The position numbers and the translations under genes were made by a program. Under the pieces are notes generated by a model. It saw nothing but the letters and a program-made list of their open reading frames with translations, did no database searches and was not told the origin of the DNA. Positions 37,960-51,809 of a DNA stretch of 64,000 nucleotides are shown one piece after another; the first letter of the stretch is position 1, and each line of letters starts with the position of its first letter. The DNA lies in assembly GCA_015680685.1 (NCBI GenBank), contig MNCI01000651.1:1541832-1605831 (forward strand), given 5' to 3'. The DNA comes from Gnetum montanum. Lineage: Eukaryota > Plantae > Gnetophyta.

Positions 37960-38560
37960 AGTACCTAAAACTTGGATACGCAAGCTTTATTTGCAGGTTT
38001 ATTTTTCAGAAGCGCAGATCTCAGAACTTAAACAGAAAAGCCTCCGAAAGTGCAGCAAAAGGAATACAGCAAAGAAATTCGGCAGTCTTTTGCGTTAGCA
38101 TTTGTCAAAAAGGCATGCATAAAAGGTAGAAGCAAACAAAAGCTATAATGCTGAATTCAGGTCAAGATTTCATACATCTCGAAAAGCAGCGCAGCGTAGC
38201 GTAGAGTATAAATTAAACATCCGCCAGCGCCAGCCACAAAGATATTCAAATACGGACAACAATTGAATGATAACGTTCTAGATTTGAACAAGTTTCGAAT
38301 GGACGGTTTATGGGCCCATAGAAAATGGCCTTTGTTTAAACAGAGCTGAAACTGCAAACTGCTGTGTCTTGAAACGAAGCGCCTTGGCTTTGCTTAGCTG
38401 TTCTTAAGAAAAAGGCAGATGCTAGTCGTTAAGGTGAACCGTGTTGGTTGTCATTTTCCGTATCCTGTTTCTGTAAATGATAATTGTTCGCCTTGAAAAG
38501 GAAATCCAACAAACGTGCTGGGCGAACTTCTGTCATTTTCAGCGATCTTTTCTAAAATCA
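37960..38560 (-). promoter_or_regulatory. Candidate LPP promoter and non-coding first exon
   Basis: Non-repetitive island that retains CpGs; perfect palindrome TATGGGCCCATA (site II/TCP-type TGGGCC on both strands) at 38309-38320; minus-strand donor-like ttag|GTACTT near 37964; lies at the boundary between the gene-side region and the LTR nest. Inference only. Confidence 0.4.
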
Positions 38561-38989
38561 TGATTATTATTTGTCTAGAACATTTGAGAAGAGAATTGAA
38601 ACTTTGACTATGTGTATATTTCATTTAATATAATGCTTCCGCAACTTCGACTAACAACTTTTTGTCATTAGTGGTAAGATTCTTGGTAGGTACAAATCAT
38701 AGGTTTAATAAAAATACACCACAAAAATACGACACCATAAAAATACGAATTTTAGGAAATGTAGGAGCTCTCCAAATATTTTTCATTTTCTTCATCTAAA
38801 AGTGCAATGGTAATTGCATTTTCTAGGCCTTATTGAATTTGGTTTGAATAAAATCATTCTTTGCAATAATCTCGTAAGTAACTTTCAAATTAAAAGGGAA
38901 AATATAGCTACCATCCTTCTAAAAAATATTTGAAAAAGCCTAATACAAACTATTATTAACTTTAAATAAATACTCAAGGTTAGAAATTA

Positions 38990-40780
38990 ATTTTTCAAAA
39001 TTTCTTTTTTCCCTTTCTATTCAAAGCATAGATGCTAAAAGCTTTATTCCAAGTAAACTATCTATCATGCATACGTAAATAAGAAACTACACTCATACCA
39101 AATCTGCTCCAAGTGGTACACAATTTAAATGCATTAGTAGCTCAAGCTCTTTGATTAAAAGGAAGCCACCCTGGGCTAATTTTCTTAACCATATCTTCTA
39201 AAACTGTAATATGATTGTAATTTTAATATTTACTAAGCTTACATCATGTCTTCCAAATTTATAACAAAATTGGAAAACTAGAAATAGAATAACCTAAGGA
39301 AAAAAAAAGATAGTAAAAAAAGTTATTAGAAGACTAGCTATTATCATTCTTAGGTTTTCCTTGCATAAGGCTATTTCTTAGAAAAAGCATCCAAACATCA
39401 TCTCCATTAATGTACTTTACAATCCATTTTTCTGCTAGAAAAATACCCTAGTTATAATAATTAATGAGGCCAAGTTCTCCATCTTTCTTTTTACTAGCAC
39501 AAATATCCCAAGCAACTCTAAAAAAAACCTTTTTAAGGTTGCTTAACAAACTAAAGAAACCAATAGATAATATGATCAATTCTATCATAAGAAGTTTTAG
39601 AAGAAGTCCAATAACTAGAGCCACATAATTTCATAGTAACATTAGGCTCGAAAGAAAAAGGTATTCCAAAAATTTTGAAGATAGATTTTTTTTTTCAATA
39701 TTTTCAAAGGTTTGAGAGTAATTCATTGATTAATATTGCCATTACAATAAATAAGAGATTTTGCCAATTGATCCAAGAGCTAGATAACATGTAATAATCC
39801 TCCACTCTAGCTAAAGAGCATTGATATGTTGCCAAAAATTGTTGCTCATAAAGAAAGAATTATCTACAAAGTGCATGCTAAGCAATTATGTAGCTTGATC
39901 ATAAATTGAAATTTACTTAATGATATTACTTTTTAGATCATAATGTAGATTATGTGAAAGAAAGTTTGCAACAACAATGAAAAGATAGGGAACTACAGGA
40001 TAACCTTGATGAATTGACCATTGAAGAGAAAAAGAGGAACTTAATCCAAAATTGGTAGCAACTTGAGCATTAGCATTAATGAGTAGGGTATAGACAAGAT
40101 GAATAAAATAATCACCAAATTTTAGTTTATAAAAATAAGAAATAATGAAATTCTACTCAATCCTATCATAAGCTTTAGCATTATCTAACTTAATAAAAGT
40201 AATGTCTTGGTTAGTATCAAAAGTCCATTGCATTCCCTCCCAAGTTACAATAACATTATTTAAGATATGTTTACTTTTAACAAAACCACTTTGCTAAGGT
40301 CTAATGATATCTTCAATAACCTTTTGAATTCAGCAAGCTATGCATTTGCTAAAATATTTTAAGTAATGTTAAGAAGAGTAATAGACCTCCAATTCCCAAT
40401 ATGTTGAAGATCTCCATTCTAAGGAAAAAGAAAAATCACACTTTTATTAATATTTTACTAACAAAAACTTTTTTAATGGCTTCTCAAAAAACATAAAATG
40501 GATCATCTCCAATAATGTCCCAATGCTTCTTTAAAAAATTAAATAGGAAAACTAGTAAAACTTGGGGCTTTACCATCTACTAAACTAAAGGTTGTTGCTT
40601 TGATTTCTTCTATTATAATTTCTACTTCAAGAATAGTTTGATGTGCTTTTATTATAAGATGAGGAATATGCATATTAGAGGCCTAGAAGGATTCCTTGCT
40701 AAAATCTTTAAAAAATGATTTAGTAAAAACTATTAATAGTTTCAGGATCTTTAATGATAGAATCATTTACATAAACTGAT
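38990..40780 (-). mobile_element. Old AT-rich L1 LINE RT remnant
   Basis: Minus-strand remnants GKAP, NWRSITLLNI, LDNAKAYDRIE, QGYPVVPYLFIVV, YLFLSSL. Confidence 0.7.
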
Positions 40781-41258
40781 TCTAGTTTAGGTATGATGAG
40801 TGGTAGAGTAGATCCTATGTCCAACCATACAGATCACAAGCATTCACACACAATCTAGTAACATTTTATGGACTTGGGCTAGTAAGATGTCCTAGATAAC
40901 TAAGCATGAGATTGTTGATTATTGTCTCTCTAATCATAACTTGTATTGGTTCAAGTAGTATGGTTAAGTGTGATTAGAGCATATGATGATTTCATTATTA
41001 TTTAAGATATTAAAATATTTAAAAGGATATCATACCCCATATATATATATATAAACCAAAATTCAAAGTATAAAAGTAGAGGAGTATTGTAAAGAGGAGA
41101 AATTCCAAATTAACAAAAAGAAAAGGCCTAATTATTGTGGGGATGTTTTTTCAAGTTTTCATCCTTATAACTAATCTTGGAAAACCTCTACTCTAGGATA
41201 TGTAATTGGACATTTCATAAAAAGATTAACATTAGGTGAAGGGAGAGGAGGCCGCTAC

Positions 41259-42395
41259 TAAGGATTGAGAACTTAAGAAGGGGGGATGAATAAGTTCCCT
41301 AAATTGCAAGCAACACCTGTTACACAAAACTCAAGAATTACATGGTTCCCCAACTTGGATAGTCCATACTTGGAGGGTAGATTCCTTGCATACCTCCAAA
41401 CTTTGTTTCTTCCAAAATGTTGTTTAGAGGACACCACAACCTTTACAAAGTTTAAGCTCCACTAAGGAGAGTTTCATCACTATAACAACTCTCAACCCCG
41501 CAAGGTTCCAACAAGCTCAAGAGTGATTTAAAGGATCCCACAACCTGTACAAAATAGAGCTCTGCTCTAGAGTGTTTGATGCAAAAAAATAACTTAATCC
41601 TGCAGGATCCCAACAAACTCTAAAAGGATGCCTTCTTGTAAGAAGGACATCAACCCCTCAGGGTAGCAAGAAAAGAAAACGAATTACAAGGAGAGAGTGC
41701 AACTTAATTTACAAATTCCTTGTACAATGAAGTACAATTCCACAACTAATCTAATAAATGATATGACAATTCAAGTACACAAATACAACAATATAAGATA
41801 GACAATGATAACTTTGATGTTGACAATGCTTGCATAATACCCAAGAGTTTGGAATCTACTTATAGCCTCGAAGTTTTCAAAAACACATTGGAATTCGTGC
41901 AACAACTATTCAATGGCTAGTGTAGACGTCTCCTTCGAGATTGGAATGTCTTTCTAAAATCATGTTCAACTCTAAGAAGATGTCTCCTTTCAAAATGGGA
42001 TGTCTCTAGGGAGATGTCTATGGAAAGATGTCTTCTTTCCAAAGGATACGTCTCATGTTTTTGGAAGATGTCTTTTTGTGATTGAATTTCTCTCAACTAA
42101 GACATATTCTATTCTTTGGAGACATATTCTTAGCTTTTGAACTCTAGTTCATGAGGCTTTCTCTTGTTGATTTAGCTTCCTTTTAATTCTTGGAGCATCT
42201 TCATTTAGCTTCTAGTCTTCGTACTTGTCTATGCTCTCATTTTACCTATGAAGGCTTTTACTTTGATAGCCATGTGTCTTTGAGTCCTTGTCCAAGATGT
42301 GGATTTCTTATTCTTATCCTATAAATACAAAATCCGTAACAAACATCCTTTGTTCCTCATTTTCCTTAAGGTTTTGACATACCAAAAGGTCAACA
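41259..42395 (-). mobile_element. Solo LTR (copia family related to 49144-50335)
   Basis: Reverse complement matches the TGTTGACCTTTTGGTATGTC...CCTCA LTR; flanked by near-perfect 5-bp TSD GCTAC/ACTAC. Confidence 0.85.
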
Positions 42396-44899
42396 ACTAC
42401 ATTGTCAATAAAATCAACTTTATTAAAAGATATTATCTCCATATCTTAACCAATAACTATAAATGCATTTTTAGTCGTTAAAATATCTTGAACATGATGT
42501 CCATTCTGAAGATTTGTCATGTAACCACTAATAGGTAGACATCCTTCACATTTTTTACTATGAAGAATCATTTAAAAACCATCTAAATCAACAAGAAGTT
42601 TTTGTGGGACCTTAGAAACAAATATTTGTTTCCTCTTAGTAATTAAAAAATTCTTTGAAATTGATTTGATTGGAATCTTTCTAAAAGGTACATTTTATTA
42701 AACAATAGTAAAAGAAGAGGGTTGGCTAACTATTGAAATATTAGCAGAAGAAATCATTATAGGATCTACAACATCTATAAAGAAACCTTAGCAGGATCTA
42801 TAACATTTGTAGAAGAAACCTTAGTAATGTTTGTAGTATCTTAGTGTTGATGTGCTTGCATAGTAATAAGACATTAATAAGACAGGCTACATTGATGAAT
42901 CCCCATTGATGCATCCCCATTGATGCATCCCCATCAACGCATGGTAGAATGCATTGATGTAGATACATTGACACTGACGTAGTCACTTCCTATATAAATG
43001 TGTGCATCCCTCATATTTATGGCATTTTTCAATCATAATCTTAGCCAAACTCTTGTAGTTTCTTTTTCCTAGAGTTAAAATATTTTCCCTCTAAGTGTCC
43101 ACAGTGTGGATCTAAGAAGTTGTATAGAGTTTTATTCAAGTGCCTATGTACCTAAACACATTGGCATGACAACAACGAAATTATGATTTCCTATACCCAT
43201 TGTAGCATTTGGACTAGCTTAACTTTACTTTTCTGCACTTTACTTTGCTTGCATTTTCCAATACTATTTGTAATTAAGTAATTAATGCTATTAATCATAA
43301 ATAGGTGAGTACGACCACTTCAAGCATAATGTGTTAACCCTTGGTAATCCCAGCATTAGATATTTGGTATGCCTAGTAATAGCCACTTAGTAAGCCAATA
43401 GTGTTAACACTAGTTTGGAATGTGTACAATAAGTGGGAATAGTTACTTCATGTTAGGATAGTTAGTTTTTCAATTAGCTAATTAGTTAGATAATTAATTG
43501 TTAAATCTCTACTCAATCATCTAGCCATTAGAATAAAAATATATATTAGAAATAATTATAAAATTATACATCATATTCCTTAATCATATTTAACCATACG
43601 AACAAGTTTGACACAAGTGTAAGTTAGGAAGACAATGACATTGCAACTACATGGTTCACTACTTAGGAATATTGGTGACTTGAATAACTAAGTCTACAGA
43701 ATTCAACCAAATCACTAATAAATCCTTGTGTTGCATATGGTTGGGTGTAGGGGATATCCATAGCTCATTATTGGTACCATTGTTGGGGATTTAGTTTTGC
43801 TAAGCTAGCAAAATATTATTAACTAGTGAATTCATACACAAGCATTGTGAGGAGAACATAACGAAATATCTCTCATAATAATAATAATAATATCCTAAGG
43901 CACACTTACATCTATTTTTGAAATGGCTTCTTCTCATAGGAAAGAATCTCCATCGCATGATAACAAAGATAATAGGCAATAGGAGAGAACACAAAGGCCA
44001 TTGATGAGAAACCTCAATAACTAAAAGTCATCTATGCTCATCTAGATCCCTATTATTTGAGCTTCACCTTCATCCTCAATTAGGATGAATAGCTAGAATG
44101 GAGATATATGAATGATAGCATTGTGTTACCTCTTGATTGATCCATTCTTGCTATGCTCATGACCCAACTTATGAGGTTGGATATCGAAATACTTGGACTT
44201 GACTATGAATGCATAGAGCAAGTTTCTAGGACTACCAACCTACAAAAGCCTAGCTCTAAAAAGATAAATTTATGGAGGCCCGTTATGAAGTCTCCAAAGG
44301 CAAATGTGTCTAGACATCATTATTCCTACAAATGCATAAATAGGGTGAGGATTTCTTTTTTGGCCACTCTTAATACATAGATTATCCTCCTTTCTTTGAA
44401 GAATACACCTTTTACCAACAATTGTAATCAACCTTGGAGAACCTTGATGATGGGAAGACAAGGTCCAAAGACTAAGAAGCCTCAAAAGATAGATTTCATA
44501 GTCATTCATATAAGGACAAGGAGAATAACAAGGAGAAGGAAAATGATAAATAGAAGAATTAGGATAAGGACCAAAAAAGAAGGACTAGAAGGCACCATTC
44601 TCCTAGTCCTCTATCTTCATCATTCTCCTCATCTTCAAACTCTGATAAGAGAAGCTGTGGCAAAGGTAGAGATAGAAGTTGTTAGGTTCATGGTTGAGAT
44701 GATAAGGGATCCCATCATGATGATAGGACTTAAGATGAAAGTAAACAAAGAGAGATGTAAGAGCATTATCAAGAAAGGAGGCATAGTAGAACTCACTATC
44801 AGAGGCATGGTCATCACAGTGGCCATTGTGGATGTGATGATGATGAATAACAATTGTTAGCCACTAGAAACATGCTGAATGTTTCAGAAGCAATTAGAG

Positions 44900-47800
44900 T
44901 TCCTACTAGGCATCATAAGGATAGTAGGATTAAACGATTGGATATGAACAATATCCCCAAGTTCAAGGAGTGATATAATGTAGATCCACATCATTGTCTG
45001 CAAGCTTTTCATGATGCATGTGCCTTAAAAAATATTCAAAATGACTCGAAGAAGTTGAAATTGTTTACAAGGACACTCATAAAAGAAGCAAAAAGTTGGA
45101 ACTAGTCTGAAAGTACCAATATGAGGAAGCAAATTCAAGAATGAAAGTAAGGGAAACATGAGTCCTTAAATGTGGCCTTGGGTAGGTACTAGTCTTTAAT
45201 GCATTGATGCCTAGGCCACAAATTCTCTCAAAGGGAGAAACTTTGCCATGTCATAAATGGACTTTGGAACAAAACAAGAGAAACTCTTGGGATCTATGCC
45301 CAAGGAAGACTTTTTAAGGTGAGAGTCCATTAGATCCAAAACTAATAGAATAAGTAACCAAAGAAGAAGGGGAATTGAAGAAACTAGAGAGTGTAGAGGA
45401 GTACAACAAGGACCCCTCCATTTACAAAATGGAGGTGTGTTTCTATGATACAAAGGAGGATGTCCCACTAGATTAACTGGTGCAAATAAAGATCTTACTG
45501 ATACAAAAATATGTCTTTGAAATATTGGCTAAGGTGGATAAAATGTGGAACTCCTTAGATGAGAAGTTCCAAACTTCTTTGAAAATAGTAGAGGAAAAGG
45601 CAAAGTAGGAAAGTAATGAATGAGATAGGAGGAGAAGAAGAGATACAGACAAGAGGTATTAGTAGCAACAAGGTAAGGTTGCCATGGTTAATGAGGTTGC
45701 AAATTCTGAAATTGATGATGATGGATATGATATCTGCTAGTACGAACATGACAAGGGTTATTGTCCTATGATGTTGCATCTACAAGAATCTAGGGTGTAT
45801 GCCTTGAATCCAAAATTTGCGAAAAGGTAGCCACCCAGGAGATTGCCTTATCCTCAAGGCAATTTAAGGTAGCAGTTCCACCAAACATAGTACTATCTGA
45901 GTGGAGCATCACCTTAACCTCAAGAGTAATATCAACAATGGAAAAATCCACAGTCGTGGAGGATGTTATAACTTATATAGTAGTACCCTTACCAGTAGCT
46001 TGATCCCTATGGATATTATGTCTAGCAGTCTATATCTCCTTATGACTCTACAAGTCATAATCCTTTTAATTATCACTACTATCCTCTAAAATATCATTGA
46101 ACTCATACTTTGTGACCTGATTCTTCCTCTACCTATCCTCTTCCCTATCCATCACCAAACTCTGTATCATTAAATACCACTCCTTTGCAACCTGCTCTAC
46201 GTATGTAGGAAGAAATTCCATTGTAGCCGTAGCAAAGAAACATCATAAGAGTTGTTAACTTACAGCTAGATAACCATCTAAGTGGTTTTGAATCTAAACC
46301 TCAAAAGAGGACTTTCTTCAGGATCAATATTTCACCAAAACTCTTGCAGATACCTACAATTATGAACCTTGCATCCATTGCTTCTGAGATCATCCTCAAG
46401 TCTCCTTCAAACTAAATGTCCTTCGATGTAGATACCATCATGTTGCCCCATGTAGTTACTAATTGGATCAAAGTTGATCATCTTTCTAGGAAACAATCTA
46501 ATCCTAGGAGTTCCCTTATCTACTTGTAGATCACTAGGAATGATCTATCTAAGGCTCTATTGGATTTAGGTTCTAGAGTAAATTTAATCCCATAAAAATA
46601 TACAAGACCAAGAACCTGCCTTTATTGAAGAAATGTAACATCAAAATAGAGCTTGCTGATTAGTCCATCACTATTTCCTTTGGATTAGTGGAGGATGTTG
46701 TGACCACTATTTATGGATGGTTGTATCCTGAAGACTTGTTAATGATCCATGTTGTTTACCATAAGGGGGACTTCCCTATTATAATGGGAAGGGCTTGGCT
46801 CAGTACAATTGATGCCAAGATGGGGATTCGAGATCTTTCCTTGAAAATCTCCAAGGAAAATTAATTTGGTAAAGTAGCTAAGAAGCGAGTTCCATGCATT
46901 GTATACAATGACATAGGATATTATTACATGTAAAAGATATGGGCCATACAAAGTACATCCATCAAAGCATGCATAAAGTATGCTAATGCCTCTACTATTT
47001 AGAAGAATTTGTATGTAGTAGCCACAAAATAGGAGGGTATCCAGTGGCTCATAGCAGATAGTGGGATGTATTCAAAAATATGCATGGAATCAACAGAAAT
47101 CCTTACAAGTGCTTACATTAAACACATGAATGAAATAGAGCATATCCATGGCCAACTCTTCCATGCATAAAATGAGATGAATTGGGGAGAGTTGGAGAAC
47201 CTAGAATAATTCAAGTAGGAGACCCTTGAACTAAAGGTCTTACCAGATAATCTAGGATATTCTTATCTCAATAACAACAAGTAGGTAATCATTAATGTCC
47301 ATCTTGCTCAAGCATCGAAGAAGAAGTTGTTGAAAATGGTTAATAAATGGCAAATAGCCTTTGCTTAGTCATATCATGAACTAATAGGAACAGATCCAAA
47401 GATATGATAGCATTGGATTCACATGGACCCCTCCATCAAACTGAAAAGATAACTGCAAAGGAGTTTGAATCCTAAGCTAAAGTATGTTGTGAAAGACAAA
47501 ATTGAATAACTTCTTAAGGTGGGATTCATTTATCCCATTGTAGATAGTGAGTGGGTTAGCCCACTCATCATAATACCTAAGAAAGGTGATAAATGGAGGG
47601 TTTGTATAATTATAGGTTGTTGAATAAGGCAACTTTTAAGGATCATTTACCATTTCCATTTGTAGATTAAGTGCTAGATAATATTGCAGGGCATGGTTAC
47701 TATAGTTTTTTGGATGATTATAGTGGCTATAATCAAATCCAGATAGCACTGGAGGACTAGGCCAAAACAACCTTCACAAGTCCATGGGGGACTTTTGCAT

Positions 47801-47990
47801 AGAAAAAGATGTCCTTTGTCCTATTCAATGCTCCTAATACTTTCCAACTCCTACTGCTCAACATTTTCCAATAGAAAATTGGTAGTGGTATGGAGGTTTT
47901 CATGGATGATTTCTCCACTTATGGTACCATCTTTGAGTAGGCCTTGGCGTAATGTCTTATCCCTTGTTAAGGGTAGAAATGTATTGTAAA
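44900..47990 (+). mobile_element. Athila/Tat-like Ty3/gypsy gag-pol remnant
   Basis: gag (IPKFK, HCLQAFHDAC, KLKLFTRTL); protease KALLDLGSRVNLIP ~46550; RT GFIYPIVDSEWVSP, KGDKWRVC, DHLPFPF, YSFLDDYSGYNQI, KTTFTSPWGTF. LTR-like sequence at ~42950-43800 may belong to it. Confidence 0.85.
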
Positions 47991-49143
47991 CAATATAATT
48001 AACCTTCAAATGAAGGGATGCCTCATTATGAGAAGTTACTGATATTCATGTACCCCTCAAGAATGGGTTTGACCCATGACATTTAAGGCTAGGTTTAGAG
48101 GTTGTGTCAGACATGGAGTTGTGGGGCCTGGAATAACAAGTGATGAGAGCTACGTGAAATGGGACAAGAAGGGATTGATAATCCCTTTGATTGAACAACC
48201 TAACCGTGGTGGCAGTGCCAAGTTTACTATAAGGCTTAAGTGGCATGAAAAGATAACCTAGAGGGTGTTACAGTATACCACTCTGATTAATAGAATTTTT
48301 CTCTATTTTTCCTTCCCATTCTGTGTACTAGTTATTCATTTATCAAGTATTTTATGATATTTCCATTATAATGCTTGCTAATGTAATGAATTAAGTGATG
48401 TACAATTGTGTTTTAATGACATATGGGAATGAGATGTCACATTTGGTATCAAAGAAAACCTTGATTTAGAAGCCAAAGTGGAAGAAAATATTATTTTAAA
48501 GAAGAAGTACATTGAAGTGGAAGAACAAGGGAATAGAAAAGGAAATGAAAAAGCAATAGAATAGATAAGAAGTGAAATAGAAGAATAAGGGAAGCAAGAC
48601 TATGATTAGTTATTTGTCTTAAATGCATCAAGAAGATTTGAGCCTATCTTCAACTAGACTTCTCATTCTTCATCAATGGTGTCCTTCTTACTCGGTATCA
48701 CCTTACAGCCTGCCAAACCATCACACAACTACTTGATGTACTTGGAGGCACTCTTCACTATAGTCACTACCTCTTCCCTATTTTTAAGTTCTATCTCCAA
48801 CAAATTCATTTGAAAAAATTGATTAGTCATGTCATCTTGCCATTCTTTTTTCTTTCCCTACATGCACAAAAATAAGATTAAAATTATGAATTATGAACAA
48901 AAAGATCAAATGGAAGAAAGAAAAGGAAGAGCAAAACTACTCACTTCAAGTCAATTAGTCTTCACTTGAAGGAACCACTCATGAGTCAACAGATGATGCA
49001 CAAGACATGTAGCATTCTCCAATTCTCCTAAGAGTTACTCTATATTTTTGAAAACTTTTGGAGCATACTTGGGAATGGGATGGAAAGAAGATGGAGCACC
49101 AACCTGTAGTAGTTCATAATCTTCCTTAAAGTTGCATGATTGG

Positions 49144-51700
49144 TGTTGACCTTTTGGTATGTCAAAACCTTAAGGAAAATGGAGAATAAAGGATGTTTAT
49201 GTGATTGTTGTGTTTGTAGGAAAAGAACAAGGATAAGGACTAAAGGAGAGCTCAAAGAACGACCTTTAAAAGAAATCTAAAAGTAAAGACTACAAGGACT
49301 CAAGGAAGCATGGATAAGTACTCAGGTGTCTAAGTGAACACTACAAGGACTCAAGGAAACATGGATGAGTAAAGAAGACTTCTAGCTAAAATAAGATGCT
49401 TTGGTGATTGAAAGGAAGCTTTGAAATCAAGAGTTCAGATGCAAAGGAGATGTCTTCCAAAAGCAGGAGACTTCTCCTATCAAGTGAAGATGTCTCCTTG
49501 ATGAAGAAGACATCTTGACAGAAATGGAGGATACCTAGAGAAGATGTCTCCTAGAAACAGGAGAAATCTCCTTTCAAGAGAAGATGTCTCCCTTGCAGAA
49601 AAAATGCGCCTTGAATTGAAGTCTATTGTAAAGAGATGTTCCAATCTTAAAGAAGACGTCTTTACTAGTTGTCAAATAGCTATTGCACAAATTTCGAGGT
49701 GTTTTCAGAAACTTTGAGGCTATAAGAAAACTTCATTCTCTTGGAAAATAAGCAAGCACTATTCATATTCAAGATCCTAATTATCTGTTCTTTGAAATTG
49801 TAATTTGCTTTTCATTGAGCTATCATTTGCTTGTAGTATTACTTGTTGTATTGAAGTGAGCTTCAACTCCAAGAACTTTGTAAAGTTAGTTACATTTTTT
49901 TTGTGTATTTTTCTTTTTCTTGTTACCCTGTGGGGTTGATGTGCTTCTTGTGAGAAGGCATCATTATTGAGTTTGTTAGGATCTTGCAAGATTAAGTGTT
50001 TGTGTAGTCTCAAAACACTCTAGTGTCGACCTGAATTTGTGAAGGTTCTTAGATCCTAAAAATGATATTCTAATCTTGTCGAGACCTTGCAAGGTTGAGT
50101 GGATTCATGGAGGCAAATCACTTTGGTGCGGAGCTTAGAGCTTGTATAGAGTGTGGTACATTCAAACCACATTTTGAGAAAAACAAAGTCTTGAGGTATG
50201 CAGGTGAACTGCCTTCCAAGTATGGACTACTGAAGTTGGGGAACCATGTTAAATTTGGTTGTGAGTTTTATGGTGGTTAATCTTTGATTTGGGAAACTTA
50301 TTCATCCCCTCCCTTTCTAAGTTCAATGATCCTCAAGTGGTATTGAAGCCCAGTACTCTCGATTTTGAGTGTGACAACTTAAGAGTGAACAATGGAAGTA
50401 GGATCTTACATCAAGTCACCAATGTTTAATGGGATCACCTTTACATGCTAGAAGATTCAAATGCAAAAATTCTTTAAGTACATGAAGTTCATAGTTTTAG
50501 TATTCATCTTAGATTGATGCACTCAACTCATAAGCAACACTTTCAGTAGCAAAGGTAAGAGTAGAGGTAAGCACTCTAAACTTTCAAATTTTGATACTTT
50601 TTCTATAGAATGCTAGATATGTGGTGGAAGAGGCTATATGGCCTTCGAATGTTCCAATGCTTATAGGTTTTAAGAGAAAGAGTATATTGAATAAAGAAGA
50701 ATAAGTAACATCCATACAAGCTGGGATGTTGAAGAGGAATCAGCTCAAGAAGATAAGATAGTAAAAATTATCTACACCAGCTAGGACGATAGAGAACAAA
50801 GTGAGGAAGAGGTAGATAACACTAAAAAGGACTCCAACCTCATCTGTATGGTCCTTATTATAGATGATGATGTTGGCACATCAAATGATGAATACGAAAT
50901 TGAAGAAGAAAGGTTTGAACTTGTGTGCAATGAACTTTTATCACTTCAAATTCTTTACACTAAGTTGAGTAAATAGGTAAAAATTAAGGATCAGAACATC
51001 TCTTCCTTAAATTCAAAGATTTTAGATCTCACAAAAGAAATCTTAGACTTCAGGGTTGAGAATAAAGAGCTAACCAAGTCTTATGAGTAGATGAAGGAAG
51101 AGCTTGTAGATGTAAAACTTGTGAATGAAAGGCTAGTTAAAGGGAAAGTGTCACTTCGGATGGTCCTAGGTTAGGGAAAAAGTCCACATGATAAGAGTGG
51201 TCTGGGATGTTGTATACTAGAAAAATCATCAACACGAACTCCATGTGAACCAAGAGTAGCCTCATAGAATAACGAATTAATGAGAACTACATCTCAATCA
51301 AGAGTAGCTCTAAGTTATGATCAGTTTAACTCCTATAGGAAGGTGAGATGTTATTAGTATCATAAATTTGGCCATAAGCAATGGGAGTGCAATTTAAAGT
51401 TTTATCATATGAATACTTGGTCTTACCATAAGACTCCTTGGTCTTACCAAAATGTACCAAGAAAGGAAACTATGTAGGACCATAAGAGAAATTGGACAAC
51501 TCAAAAGGACAAGGTGGTTAAGAAAGAAAGGAAAGTTAAAAGGAAGAAATAGGAAAAGGAGGAGACTCTCCAAGAAATTCATGAGAGGAAGTCAAGCCTT
51601 AGAAATTAAAGAAGTCTATTGATGAGCAATGGGGCATCCAACACCCAACCATACAAGTCACGAATATTCATGTGTGGCCCAATTGTAATCCATGGATGGC
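49144..51700 (+). mobile_element. Copia (Sirevirus-like) 5' LTR, PBS and degenerate gag; truncated
   Basis: LTR 49144-50335 (TGTTG...CCTCA); PBS TGGTATTGAAGC at 50338; gag start (SPMFNGITFTC*KIQM) and decayed CCHC knuckles at ~50610 and ~51350. Confidence 0.8.
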
Positions 51701-51809
51701 CAATGTTATTATGCTAGTAATTGAGTTGATGTTTAAGATCATTGTCTTTCCACTTTGAGTTAGTGAAAGCTAAGTGTATGGTTTAAGTCGTAGTGAGGCA
51801 TATCATAAT

